From Guillardia theta CCMP2712 (Eukaryota > Protista > Cryptophyta), in assembly GCF_000315625.1 (NCBI RefSeq), contig NW_005434591.1, forward strand, positions 59,895 through 123,894: DNA of 64,000 bases, in the 5' to 3' direction. The notes under the pieces are model-generated. The model did not search any database. It was given only the letters and a program-made list of their open reading frames with translations, and had not been told where the DNA came from. Shown here in pieces: positions 36,703-47,245 of the stretch (positions are counted from its first letter, which is position 1; each line of letters starts with the position of its first letter). Made by a program: the position numbers and the translations under genes.

Positions 36703-39091
36703 TAGAACGTGCAGGAGGGTGCAGGTGGTGGTGGTAGCGGTGGCAAGGAAGCTAAAACAATTCTGATGAAGATTGAGATAGGAAAGAAAGAGAGCAGGGG
36801 ACTTGAAAGAACTTCAAAGGAGGAGGCCGAGTGAGAAAGCTGATGCCCATGAGCAGGAGATGCATGGAGGGAGAGATGAAGATCGTGACTGTCACATCCT
36901 CGATAGCGTTGCGGAAGAGAAGATCCTCGGTGAGATCGTCAGATGATCGACATGACGAGTTGTGATGAAGACTGGCAGACTGCCTTGAGCCCAGGGTGAC
37001 ACTAGGAGGATGTTTGATCGAGCATCACTCGTGAGTGAAGTTGTTGTCCTAGCACTTGCAGCATCTGACGAACCTGATGCTTCTCGCGACCTCCCGACAG
37101 GTCCAACTGGTTCCCCGAGAGATTCTTCGACCTTGTCGTGGTGCTGACGTGTGAGAACGGGTGAATGGCTCTTGATGCTTCGCATGCCGCGGGGTGAGGA
37201 GAGAGATTGTACTGACTGTCTCATCCTATGCAGGATGCTGTACAAGAGACTGAAGGCGAGGGACTACGAAGAGAAGAAGGTTTGTCGTTTCCTCTCCCCG
37301 CAGCTTCTCCATCCTGTCTCATGCTGTCCCCTGCTGTATCCTTGATGCTGCTTCAGATTACAGAGAACGTCGACTGTGAGATCATGCAGGTATGTTTTGT
37401 TCGCTCGCTCGCGAGAGTGCTGAAGTCACCGTCAAGACGGTCTTACAGGAAGCCTTGGAGAGCTACAAGCCTGACAAGATCCTGACCTTCAAGTCTGAGA
37501 CCGAGAAAGACATGGAACAGGCTCATGCTGCCGTTAGCGACTTCATCAGGAGCTGGGGGCGGCAAGATGAGACTAAGGAACGAGCTGCTCCACAAAACAA
37601 CATGGAGCTAGAGCAGCGTCCTGTGCGAAAGTCAGGCAAGCAGGTCCCTCCCTCGCCCTCCCTCCGCGGCATGAAGTCCAAGACCTCGGAGGAGAAACAG
37701 GTAGAGAGCCCCCGGATGTCGCAACCGAAGCAGAGGAGGGGAGGGGAGGACGGCGATCTCAAGGAGAACTGGAGTGCTCTAACGACTGCAGCCATCGGTG
37801 ACCCCTAACACGCCGCGACCTGCTCTGACTGACCGCGGCAATGTAGAGCACATGTTAGACATCTGGAACGATATCGGCGGAAACTCTCTAGCGTTTCCTT
37901 TTCATCACCCTGTGATATGAGACGAGACGCGGAAGGAGAAGCTGATCGCGGTGCTGCTGCAGGTCACGAAGCGACAAGCGCTGGACTACAAGGACGTGAT
38001 CCGCCGTCCTATGGCGCTCTCAAACGTCATGAAGAAGCTTGAGGGCGCACAGTACAAGGTGAGGAGGAAGAACTTTGTGTGGAGATGATTGAAATGGCGC
38101 TTTCAGTCCCTTGTTGAGTTCTTCTCGGATATGGACGTCATCTTTAGAAACGCCATGCTGTATAATAAGGTCGGCTCCACGTTTCATCAACTTTATCATC
38201 CTCCCCCCACTCTTCTCCCTCCACCTCCTCTGCCCCTACTTTGTGACCAGTTTTCTTCCCCTTCATCCTGCCGCAAGCTCTCCTTCCTTGCAATCTGCGC
38301 ATGCCCGGGCATCCAGCTACCCTTGATCACTCGCTCTACACTCCTCCTCCCATCGCATGCAATATAGCTTGCAATCGCAGCATTCCTTCTATCCTCCTTC
38401 CCTTCCCCTCCCATCCAACCTCTCCATCTCGATCCGACTGCCTCCCTTACCGTGGAACCAGGAGGATTCTGAAATCGCCATCGCGGCAAGACAACTACAA
38501 GCTATACTCCATCAGCACTGCAGGTCATCGACTCTCTTCCCTTCTCCCTCTCCGTTTTCCTCCCTGTCCCCAACTCCCTCGACCATTCGCCCTCCTCCCT
38601 GTTCCCTCCTCCCTCCTCCCTGTTCCCTCCTCCCTGTTCCCTCCTCCCTCCTCCCTGTTCCCTCCTCCCTGTTCCCCTGTTCCCTCCTCCCTCCTCCCTC
38701 CTCCCTCCTCCCTCCTCCCTCCTCCCTCCTCCCTCCTCCCTCCTCCCTCCTCACTCCTCCCTCCTCCCTCCTCCCTCCTCCCTCCTCCCTCGCCCCAGCT
38801 CACTTCTTTGCCAACAGGAGGATCCTGCCACAGACAGCGGACAAGCTCCTGGCCGAGATCACTCCAAAGTCTCCAGGTAGTCGTCGAGAGCTCTGCCCTC
38901 CCAGACACTCCTCTCCACACGCTCCTCCTCCTCTCCCTTGAGGATTGCTCCCCTGTATCCTTCAACCTCCTTCTCCTTGATCATCAATCACGATCGACTG
39001 AACTGCTCATGCAGCGGAGGACCTCGTTCCAGCTGCTGCGCTCCACGTCAAGGCCACCAAGACCCCAACTGATCCGATGCAACTCGGTTGA
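33855..39091 (+). CDS. Large spliced locus: signal-peptide-like leader, unknown N-terminal region, bromodomain, AK6/Fap7-like domain, second bromodomain (may be one gene or two)
   Basis: Bromo1 YPFLLPVTRKEAPDYHQIVKKPMSL…LIFSNAFTYN (~36180-36470); AK6 exons DCHILD, GGCLIEHH, WFPERFFDLVVVLTCEN, LYKRLKARDYEEKK, ENVDCEIMQ, LQEALESY (36856-37560); Bromo2 FPFHHP/VTKRQALDYKDVIRRPMAL…DMDVIFRNAMLYN/EDSEIAIAARQL (37847-38525). Confidence 0.8.
36625..36702. repeat. (CAG)n tract, in frame as polyQ after bromodomain 1
   Basis: CAG run followed by CAA TAG. Confidence 0.95.
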
Positions 39092-39214
39092 CATCAGTTG
39101 CCAAGGGAGTCAAGTCGTTCGATCGGCTGCTGGCTCCTCAACTTGACTAACTTCCGTGATTGTCTCTTAATCAACTTGTGAACTATGAGCCTGTTGGTTA
39201 CCTTCCGAAGTTCC

Positions 39215-39860
39215 GATCATGCCACTCAGCGGCCCGGCGCGTCGGGGCCCTACTGGTCAGTGACCCTCAGCGGCCGCCTGCCAGGTGCCCCCGCCCGGCA
39301 ACCGGCCGGGCGGCGGCAACCGGCCGGGCGGCGGCCAGTGCCGGAACTTTGGAACGCTTCGTCAGTGTCGGACCGGGCGTGACACGGGGGGGGCGGGCCC
39401 CGCACCCACCGGCCCGTCGAGCCTCGGAGGGCCTGCCGCTGAGTGGCCGGGCCGCCGCGGCCACGCGGCCCGCCGGCCCGGGCCGCCGGGCCCGGTGCCG
39501 CCGTAGTAGAACCGTGTTGAACTTGATAATTGAACCTGGGCTTCAAGTTCCCGGAAGCGGCACTGCGCCTAGCGCGGCGCGGCCTAGCCGCGCGGCGCCC
39601 GGGTACAGTACGGTACTACGTACTCGGGGCCGCAACGGTAACTCAGTACGCCGGGTACAAACTCATAGCTGCCTAAGTTACTAGTCACTTGACTTTGAGC
39701 CTCAGTTATGAGCCTCGCCCCCAAGTTTGTCTGATTGTTAAAAAAAGATACAGTACCACTAAATAATATTTAACATTACATGGTTTTAAAATTTCTATCA
39801 CAGGCTCTGTATTCGTTACGAATTATCGAAAAGTGTTTTAAATGGTACGCAATTCCGCCA
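39215..39860. repeat. GC-rich palindrome-dense element, inverted relative of 1125-2135
   Basis: GC arm 39215-39660 plus AT core 39720-39850 resembling 1700-1790 on the opposite strand. Confidence 0.5.
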
Positions 39861-42057
39861 TTTTAAATAACCAGTTATATAACCGAGGGCTGAGCACCCA
39901 CCCCCTCTAGGAGCTACGTCCCAATAGGTCTTGTCGCAACCAATGGTTTTATGGCCCAGGGGCCGCGGGTACCGGTAGATCTCTGATTATTTTTAGGGGT
40001 AGTTACGTAATTGTGTACCCCTGGTTTTATCGTAGAGCAGAGGGGTGATGGGAGGGATATGCCAATGATTTCCTCCTGAGGCCGGGGGCCGAGTTTTATG
40101 TCCGGGGTATTTTAAGATAACAAATGTTTTTCCACTGGTTCTTTTATAAACCAAGATCGAATATTTAAAAACATTTAGAATCGGAGCGTTGGGGTTTGGA
40201 ATGATGGGTTAACTGAAATGACACTCTTTCAGACTGGAGTGAACGTATTGTTGGAAAATTAGGTGCAGGCCCTGGGGGTTGGCATTAGAGGCTCACTTAA
40301 GAAAACAACAACGCAGAGAGCAGGGACAATGTGGAGGAAAGGACGTCAAGACGAGCCACGATGATCCCATGGGTAGAAGGTATGCCCTTCTCCATTATAG
40401 TTCGCTTATAGAGATGAAGCAGGAGTGGGGATGGGGTGTCGTGTATAAACATTCCGTTTGCACAGCCTGCTCGCAAGCACTGGTGGTGAAAGATTCCCGG
40501 GGACAATAAGGGGGTAGGGGTGGGGCCGAAAATGTTGATGAACGGGGTAGGGGGTATGGGAGTATACAAAGGAAGAATATTGGGATATTGCAGACCTTTG
40601 GGTAGCAAAAAGCTGGATTCCGTCAAGGGGTAGGGTGGAACAATGAAGAAACAGAGGGTAGGGGTATGGATGGTTGAAGATCATTACTGTGGGTCCAAAG
40701 GTATCTGAGCGAAAGGATGTGATCTCGTCATTCGAGGTTGTACCAAAAGTGGGGGTCCTCGTAGTAATTGCTCGAGATCTTTGGAGATTCGTACCAGAGG
40801 GCCCCGGGGTTAAATTATTTTTTGATATATATAATTATATTGTTTTTGGGAAGCAGAGGGTAGGGGTGACCATTCAAGGTTATTTGGTCTGGTCCCGAAC
40901 GGGGTGGGGAGGGACCTTTGTCATAAAGAGAGGGGTCTTCAAGGTTCATGGAGGGGTAGTATGGTGTAAAGAGGTGTCTTTCCCCTGAGGCGGGTGAGGG
41001 AAAAGGGTGGGGGGTGGTCTAAAGGAAGTTCTGCCCGTACTTTTTACAGACAGTATGTGGGTAGTCGAGGGTTTTCTTGAATGAGCTATGGTACTGCTGT
41101 TCGCTGCCATTTTACTTGGGGTAGGGTGGTAGGGTCTGTGGATGACTGAAGTACGGGAGTAATTGGGTGGGTGGGGGTGGTTGCTGCACGGGTGGGAGAC
41201 GTACCGGAAAAAGATGAGTTTTATACTGATTCGCGCATGGGTAGGGGGTTTGATGGTGCCAAGGGTAGGGGTGGGGGCAAGGGGACACATCGGGGTACAA
41301 CAAAATGTGGGGTGGGTAGGGTACAGGCGCCATGCGGATCGAACTAGAAAATTTAGGAGCTAGGCAGAAAGGTTGAGGAGAAGGAGTGTGGAAGCGAGCT
41401 TTGTGGTGAGAGGACGAGAGAGTAGATACTCACAGTCCTCATCAGTGGAGGAGAGGCAGAGTGCAATAGCAAGACAGGCAGGATTCAGTGGATTAGGAAC
41501 CTTCCCTGTTTACGTGAAATTTTGTCAAGGAGTTAGGAGGTCTCGGTGAAGAATTCCTGCGTGTTTCTTGTCGTTGGCGATTCCACCATAATTATTAGAT
41601 CGACCCAGATATGTTCGTTGAATTCTGTCATGAAAGCTCTGCTGAAACCAACCGAATCTTCAAAGCTGGGAATGACCAGCGTCTCGTGTCAGTTTGTTGA
41701 TAGATCTTAGCACGGAAAGAGCATAGCATGTTCGGCTTTTCTTTCGTGAGACAAACGCATTTTTTTGTATTTGGTTTCATTGTTAGGCCATTCGATCCCA
41801 AGTCTGCAGCCTGACTTGCTCCCTGCAGTGTCAAGCGTTTCTTGTCTGCTGGTTACTGGTGACCCAACAATGTGCAAGAGGTAGACAATGCGGGATGGGG
41901 AAGAATGAACATACGGTACATCTGTGCGAGAAGTCCTCTTGGGTTTTGGAACCTGGTGAGTAGTCTGACCAAGGTAAAGAATCAGAAGGTTGGGTTTGGA
42001 GTCTGAGCAAGGGCTGTAACGCTCTTGGAGCTGGGCAGCTCAGGTTGTGTTGCCATC

Positions 42058-44325
42058 ATGATGATACAGATGACTTGCAAGCACTTGTTCCTGTTGGTGG
42101 CCATCGTGTACGTTGTACAAGTGGACAGCAGGTTTCCTGTGATGGGGGTAGGGAGGACGGAGCATGGAGGAGCGACACGATGCAAGATTTTGAGATTGAG
42201 GGGAGGGGAGGAGCAGCGGAGCTTTCATGACGACTTCTACATGGGGGAAACACAGAGCTTGACGAGCCTGCAGATCGGAGATGTGATCGGGTTCGGCTCG
42301 TTCAGCACTGTGCATGCGGGGATCGGGGATGGGGAGATTCCTGTCGCTGTCAAGAGGACGAGGATCAACAGTGACGACGTTGTGAACCTGAAGAGGATTG
42401 AGAGGGAGATCAGCATCCTTGGCCGGTTGAACCACAGGAATGTTGTGAAACTGCTGCACGTCATGAAAGAGAAGGGGAGCAGGGGAGAGGAGGTCGTGAG
42501 TCTGGTGCTGGAGCGATGCCTTGGAGGAGAGCTCTTTGACTTTGTAAACGACTTCCAAACTTTCCATGCCAACGGAGATCGATCGTGGCGGCGTTCCAAC
42601 ACAACAGAGATCTTGACGGTGAAGGAGGAGCATATCGCCAAGATCGTCCATCATATCCTGGTCGCGGTGGACTACCTCCACTCTCAGCATGTAGTACATC
42701 GTGATCTGAAGGTGAGCTCAGATCGTGTTTGAGATGGTGGTTGCTCACTTGTTTGTTCGGAACAGCTTGAGAATGTCATGTTCGAAGATCCTTTTAACGT
42801 CGACAAGGATCCTGTTGTCAAGCTCATCGACTTCGGATTTAGCAGGGAGTTTGGGAACGAACGGGACATGTTCACTGCATGTGGATCGACCCTGTACATC
42901 GCGCCTGAGGTATGAATGTGTGTCACATTCATCTGGTCTTGTCTTGTCTTGTCTTGTCTTGTCTTGTCTTGTCTTGTCTTGTCTTGTCTTGTCTTGACCG
43001 TTATCTAATCTTCCCCTTCTGCCTCTCCTCAACTTGATCTGCACTTGCGATCATTGCCGCATCATGACGTGTGTTGGATTTGCGGCTGTCGAAACTGAAC
43101 AGGAGTGTCAGGTGCTCATGGCGAAAGAGACGGGTCAAGGTTATTCATCAGAATGTGACTTGTGGGCTGTGGGGGTTATGGTGAGTGGAAACATTCTTTT
43201 CATCGGATGCGAGAGTTCTGTTGGTGCAAACTGTTGAGGAAGAGGAGCGCGAAAGCAGAAAGGAGGATGTGGTGGTTGAGAGTGTTGCTTGACTGCAAGA
43301 CATGCTGTCGTGTCCCGTTGGCGTGACGGATCAATTGATGCTGCAGTGACATGTCAACTCATGTTGTTTGCAGTCGTATATCTTGCTCTGTTGCAAGCCG
43401 CCCTTCAGCGGGCCAACGTCATACGACATCGGGTGTGCGATCAAGAGTGGAAAGTATGCTTATCCTGGTAGGAGGAGGAGGAGGTAGAGGTGGTGTGGTT
43501 GTGACCTGTCGTTTCCACAGATTATGCACTCATATCCGATGAAGCGAAAGACTTCATTGCGGTGAGATGATTTGATTGAGGAGGAGGAGGAGGAGGAGCG
43601 AGGAGGAGGAGGAAGAGAATGTGGCGGAGGAGGAGGAGGAGGAGGGAAGGCAGATGGTGGAGGGAGGAGAAGGGGAGGAGGAGGAGGAGAGTTGGTAATG
43701 ATTTTGGCAGGGGTTACTCGAACTCGATCCTTCCAAGAGGATGACTGCACGACAAGCGCTCGAGCATTCATGGATCCGACGGGTGAGTACCGGATGTCTC
43801 CTTGTTTCCTCCTCCCGCCTCCCGCCTCCCTCCTCCCTCCTCCCCTGTTCTCCTCCCTCTTCCTTCGTTCCTCCTCCTTCTCTCTGCCCCTCTCCATTCC
43901 TCGTAGCTTCCCCTGCTCCTCTCTCTCCCCCCCCTCGTTGCTCTTCCTCCCTCTTCCTCCTCATCCTCCTTGAAACCTTCCAAGGTAACTCTGATCCGCA
44001 GTATGTACCGCAAGAGGACGAGGGATGGGGGAGGAGGATCGGCAAATTTCTTGCGGTACCTCAAAGCGACAGTTCCAAAGAATCTTGTGTGGGTCTGTCA
44101 GAAGGGTGGGAGGTCTCTCTTGGCAAGTGGCTGCGCCATATGGTATCTTCTACTTATCTTTGTCCTCCCCCGCCCGCCGCTCGATGCATGCCTCCCCTTC
44201 CACTTCTTCCTCAACCTCTTCCTCTCTATCGCTCTCACCTCCACCTGTTTCTCCTTCCATCCCCCTCGCCCCTTCCTCTTCCTCTCTCTCCTTCTGCCTC
44301 TCCCTCTCTCCCTCTCTCTCTCCCT

Positions 44326-44398
<73 letters not shown>

Positions 44399-44496
44399 CG
44401 ACCATGACCGTCGCCTTTTCTGCTTGCTGCTGCTTTCTCATCCTTGGCTCAGGTGCCGCACTGGAGAGCGTCAATACGGGGAAGAGCAAAAGGTGA
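42058..44496 (+). CDS. CAMK-group Ser/Thr protein kinase with N-terminal signal peptide and LRLRGG motif
   Basis: IGFGSFSTV, VAVK, EISILGRLNHRNVVKL, LERCLGGELFD, HRDLK/LEN, KLIDFGFS, TACGSTLYIAPE, CDLWAVGVM, ISDEAKDFI, LLELDPSKRMTARQALEHSWI. Confidence 0.93.
42937..42996. repeat. (TCTTG)n pentamer microsatellite in intron
   Basis: Direct reading. Confidence 0.95.
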
Positions 44497-44726
44497 GATG
44501 AGACGAGAGAGGGAGGAGGAGGAGGAGGAGGAGGGCAGAAGAATGGCAGGGAGGAGGAGACGATTGGATGGAAGAGATGGGAGGAGGAGGAGCAGTGATG
44601 GGAGAGGATGAAATTTTGACAGCAAGTGCAGGTCTCAGGAGTCGAGTTCCTGTTGCAGGTTGACAAGAATTATTTGAGATGTCAGAAAGGTTATAAACAA
44701 GTGGGAAAACATAATCGCTTGTCTCC

Positions 44727-44783
<57 letters not shown>

Positions 44784-45369
44784 CCATCATCATCATCATC
44801 ATGAACGGTTCAGTATTTTATCGCTCCTTTACAAAACGTTTCCCTAACTTAACATCCTCCGCGCTTGAATCCTCTTCCTCTTCTCCCTCCTAACTCTTCT
44901 ACCTCCACTCTGCTGTGTGCTATTGCGCGGATCCGTCTCCCGCTCCTGCCCCTCCTTCCCCCAAGTCAAATTTCTTGACTGGCTTGCCGTTACTGCAATT
45001 CTTGTCAGGGACCAAACAACATTCCTTACCTCAAACTCTACCTAAACACTCCCTCCCCCGCTCCTCTTCCCCTCGCTCCTCCTTCCACCTCCCTCCTCTC
45101 TCACCGAAAGTAGGCGATGAAGCCAATGCTGTTATCTCCTTTCCTCTCCTTATATTCCCCTGCTCGGACATCAGGACACCTCTCCTCTTCCTCCCTCTTC
45201 CCTGCCCCGACGTCCTCCTCTTGTCCCCCTGCTGCTCCTCCTGCTCCTCCCCTCTGCCTCTTCCACTCTTACCCCATGTCATCCTCTTCTCCTCCTGTAC
45301 CTCTTCTTCCCTTTCCCCCACTCCACTCATCCCTCCCTCCTACCCCCTCCCCCCTCCCCCCTCCCTCCT

Positions 45370-45469
45370 NNNNNNNNNNNNNNNNNNNNNNNNNNNNNNN
45401 NNNNNNNNNNNNNNNNNNNNNNNNNNNNNNNNNNNNNNNNNNNNNNNNNNNNNNNNNNNNNNNNNNNNN
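45370..45469. other. Assembly gap (N run)
   Basis: Ns. Confidence 1.
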
Positions 45470-45917
45470 TGCTGACAAATTCGCCGAAGTATTTCTCGCC
45501 TATGGGTCGAATGCGAAGACAAACGCCCGAGAGACCGTCCGCTTCCTGCCTGCTGGCTGTCAGCCCGACAGGCCAATGGCAGGAAGCAAAGGAGAGGTAG
45601 GAAGGAAGAACGAAAGGAGCAGGAGCAGCAGCAGGAGCAGCAGCAGGAGCAGCAGCAGCAGCAGGAGAAAGAAGCCATGGGGAGGAGGGAAGAGAGATGC
45701 CGAGGACAAGATAGTGGAGATGGTTGGTGACAGTTGGAACAGCAGGAGCGGAAGCAGGAGTAGGAGCAGGAGCAGGAGCAGGGACGGAGGATAGTTCTTA
45801 GGTACCTCCCTTTGAAGCGACTTCCGTCTGGCAGAGTCAGAAAATCACCAGGCAACTTTCGAGCCTGATGGAACCAATCAAAGGATGGAAAGGACAAGAG
45901 AAGCAACGAGGACGAGG

Positions 45918-45964
<47 letters not shown>

Positions 45965-47188
45965 GATAAGAACAAGAGGACGAGGACGAGGATAACGAGG
46001 CAGCAGCAGCAGGGAAGGAAACGCAGTCAACCTGATTGCCGATCTCACGGGCTTTCTCATAGATTTCTAATCCCTTGCACAACAACTTCAGAAAGCGATT
46101 GGTGGAAGCATGAAAGCGAAGACAAGGAGACAAGAACAAGAACAAGGACAAGAAGACAAGGACAAGAGACAAGGACGAGGACGAGGACAAGAAGACAAGG
46201 ACAAGAGACAAGGACGAGGACGAGGACAAGGACGAGGAGCAGCAGAAGGAGCAGCAGCAGCTGCTGCTGCTGCTGCAGCAGCAGCAGGTAGGATCATTCA
46301 CCTCCCTGATAAAGTCCTTCATCTTCTCTCGCGTCAGCTCAATCTTATCAATATCCTCCTCCTCCTCCTCCTCCTCCTCCTCCTCCTGGGCAGCCGGTTT
46401 ACCTTCCCCTCCCTCTCCTTTCTCTCCACCCTCCATTCCTCCGTCCGCATTCCTTGCTGTCTCCTCCCTGCCCTTCTCCTCCCCTGCCGTCCTTCCTCCT
46501 TTCGTCTCATCTGGGGCTGAAACCCACAGGGTCAGGGCGATAACTGCAAACAGCATCCACACACCTCCTTTGTCCCTGTTGTCGTCTGCCCCGCAGAAAG
46601 TTTTCAGCATCATGGTCAGCCCTCTCGACCCTCCGCGCACGTTCACCCACCTTCTCCTCTCACGCGCGCATCGGCAAACTTCTGCCTCGCCTCCTCCACC
46701 GCAGCCTCGGCCACTGGTCTGCTTCTCATGGACGTGAGCACTGCACGAGCAAGCTTCCTGATCTTTTCCCTACGAGGGGGTCAGCATTCAAGTTGGAAGA
46801 GGAGAAGGAGGAGAAGGAGGAGAAGGAGGAGAAGGAGGAGAAGGAGGAGAAGGAGGAGAAGGAGGAGAAGGAGAAGGAGGAGAAGGAGAAGGAGGAGAAG
46901 GAGAAGGGGGACGAGGAAGAGGACGAGGACGAGAAGGAGTGGGATGGGAGGAGAGAGGGAGGAGAGGAGAGGAAGAGAAGGAGAAGGAGATACAAGAACT
47001 CTGATCGCATCTGAAGCGTGTCATCATTCCATGCTGCTAGAATGTGTCAGCGCAGTCAAGAAAGGGAGGGAGGGGAGTAAAGAGGAGGCACCGGCGTACT
47101 TCTTGAAGAGATCGGAGTTGGTCATGAAATGAGAGACAACCTCTTCCTGTTCGATGAGGGTGAGGGAAAGGCAAAAAATGAGGGAGAG

Positions 47189-47245
<57 letters not shown>

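Noticed and set aside
40279-41363. ORFs in the G-rich tract as a transposon or viral gene
   Set aside because: Short, compositionally biased, no RT, integrase or transposase motifs
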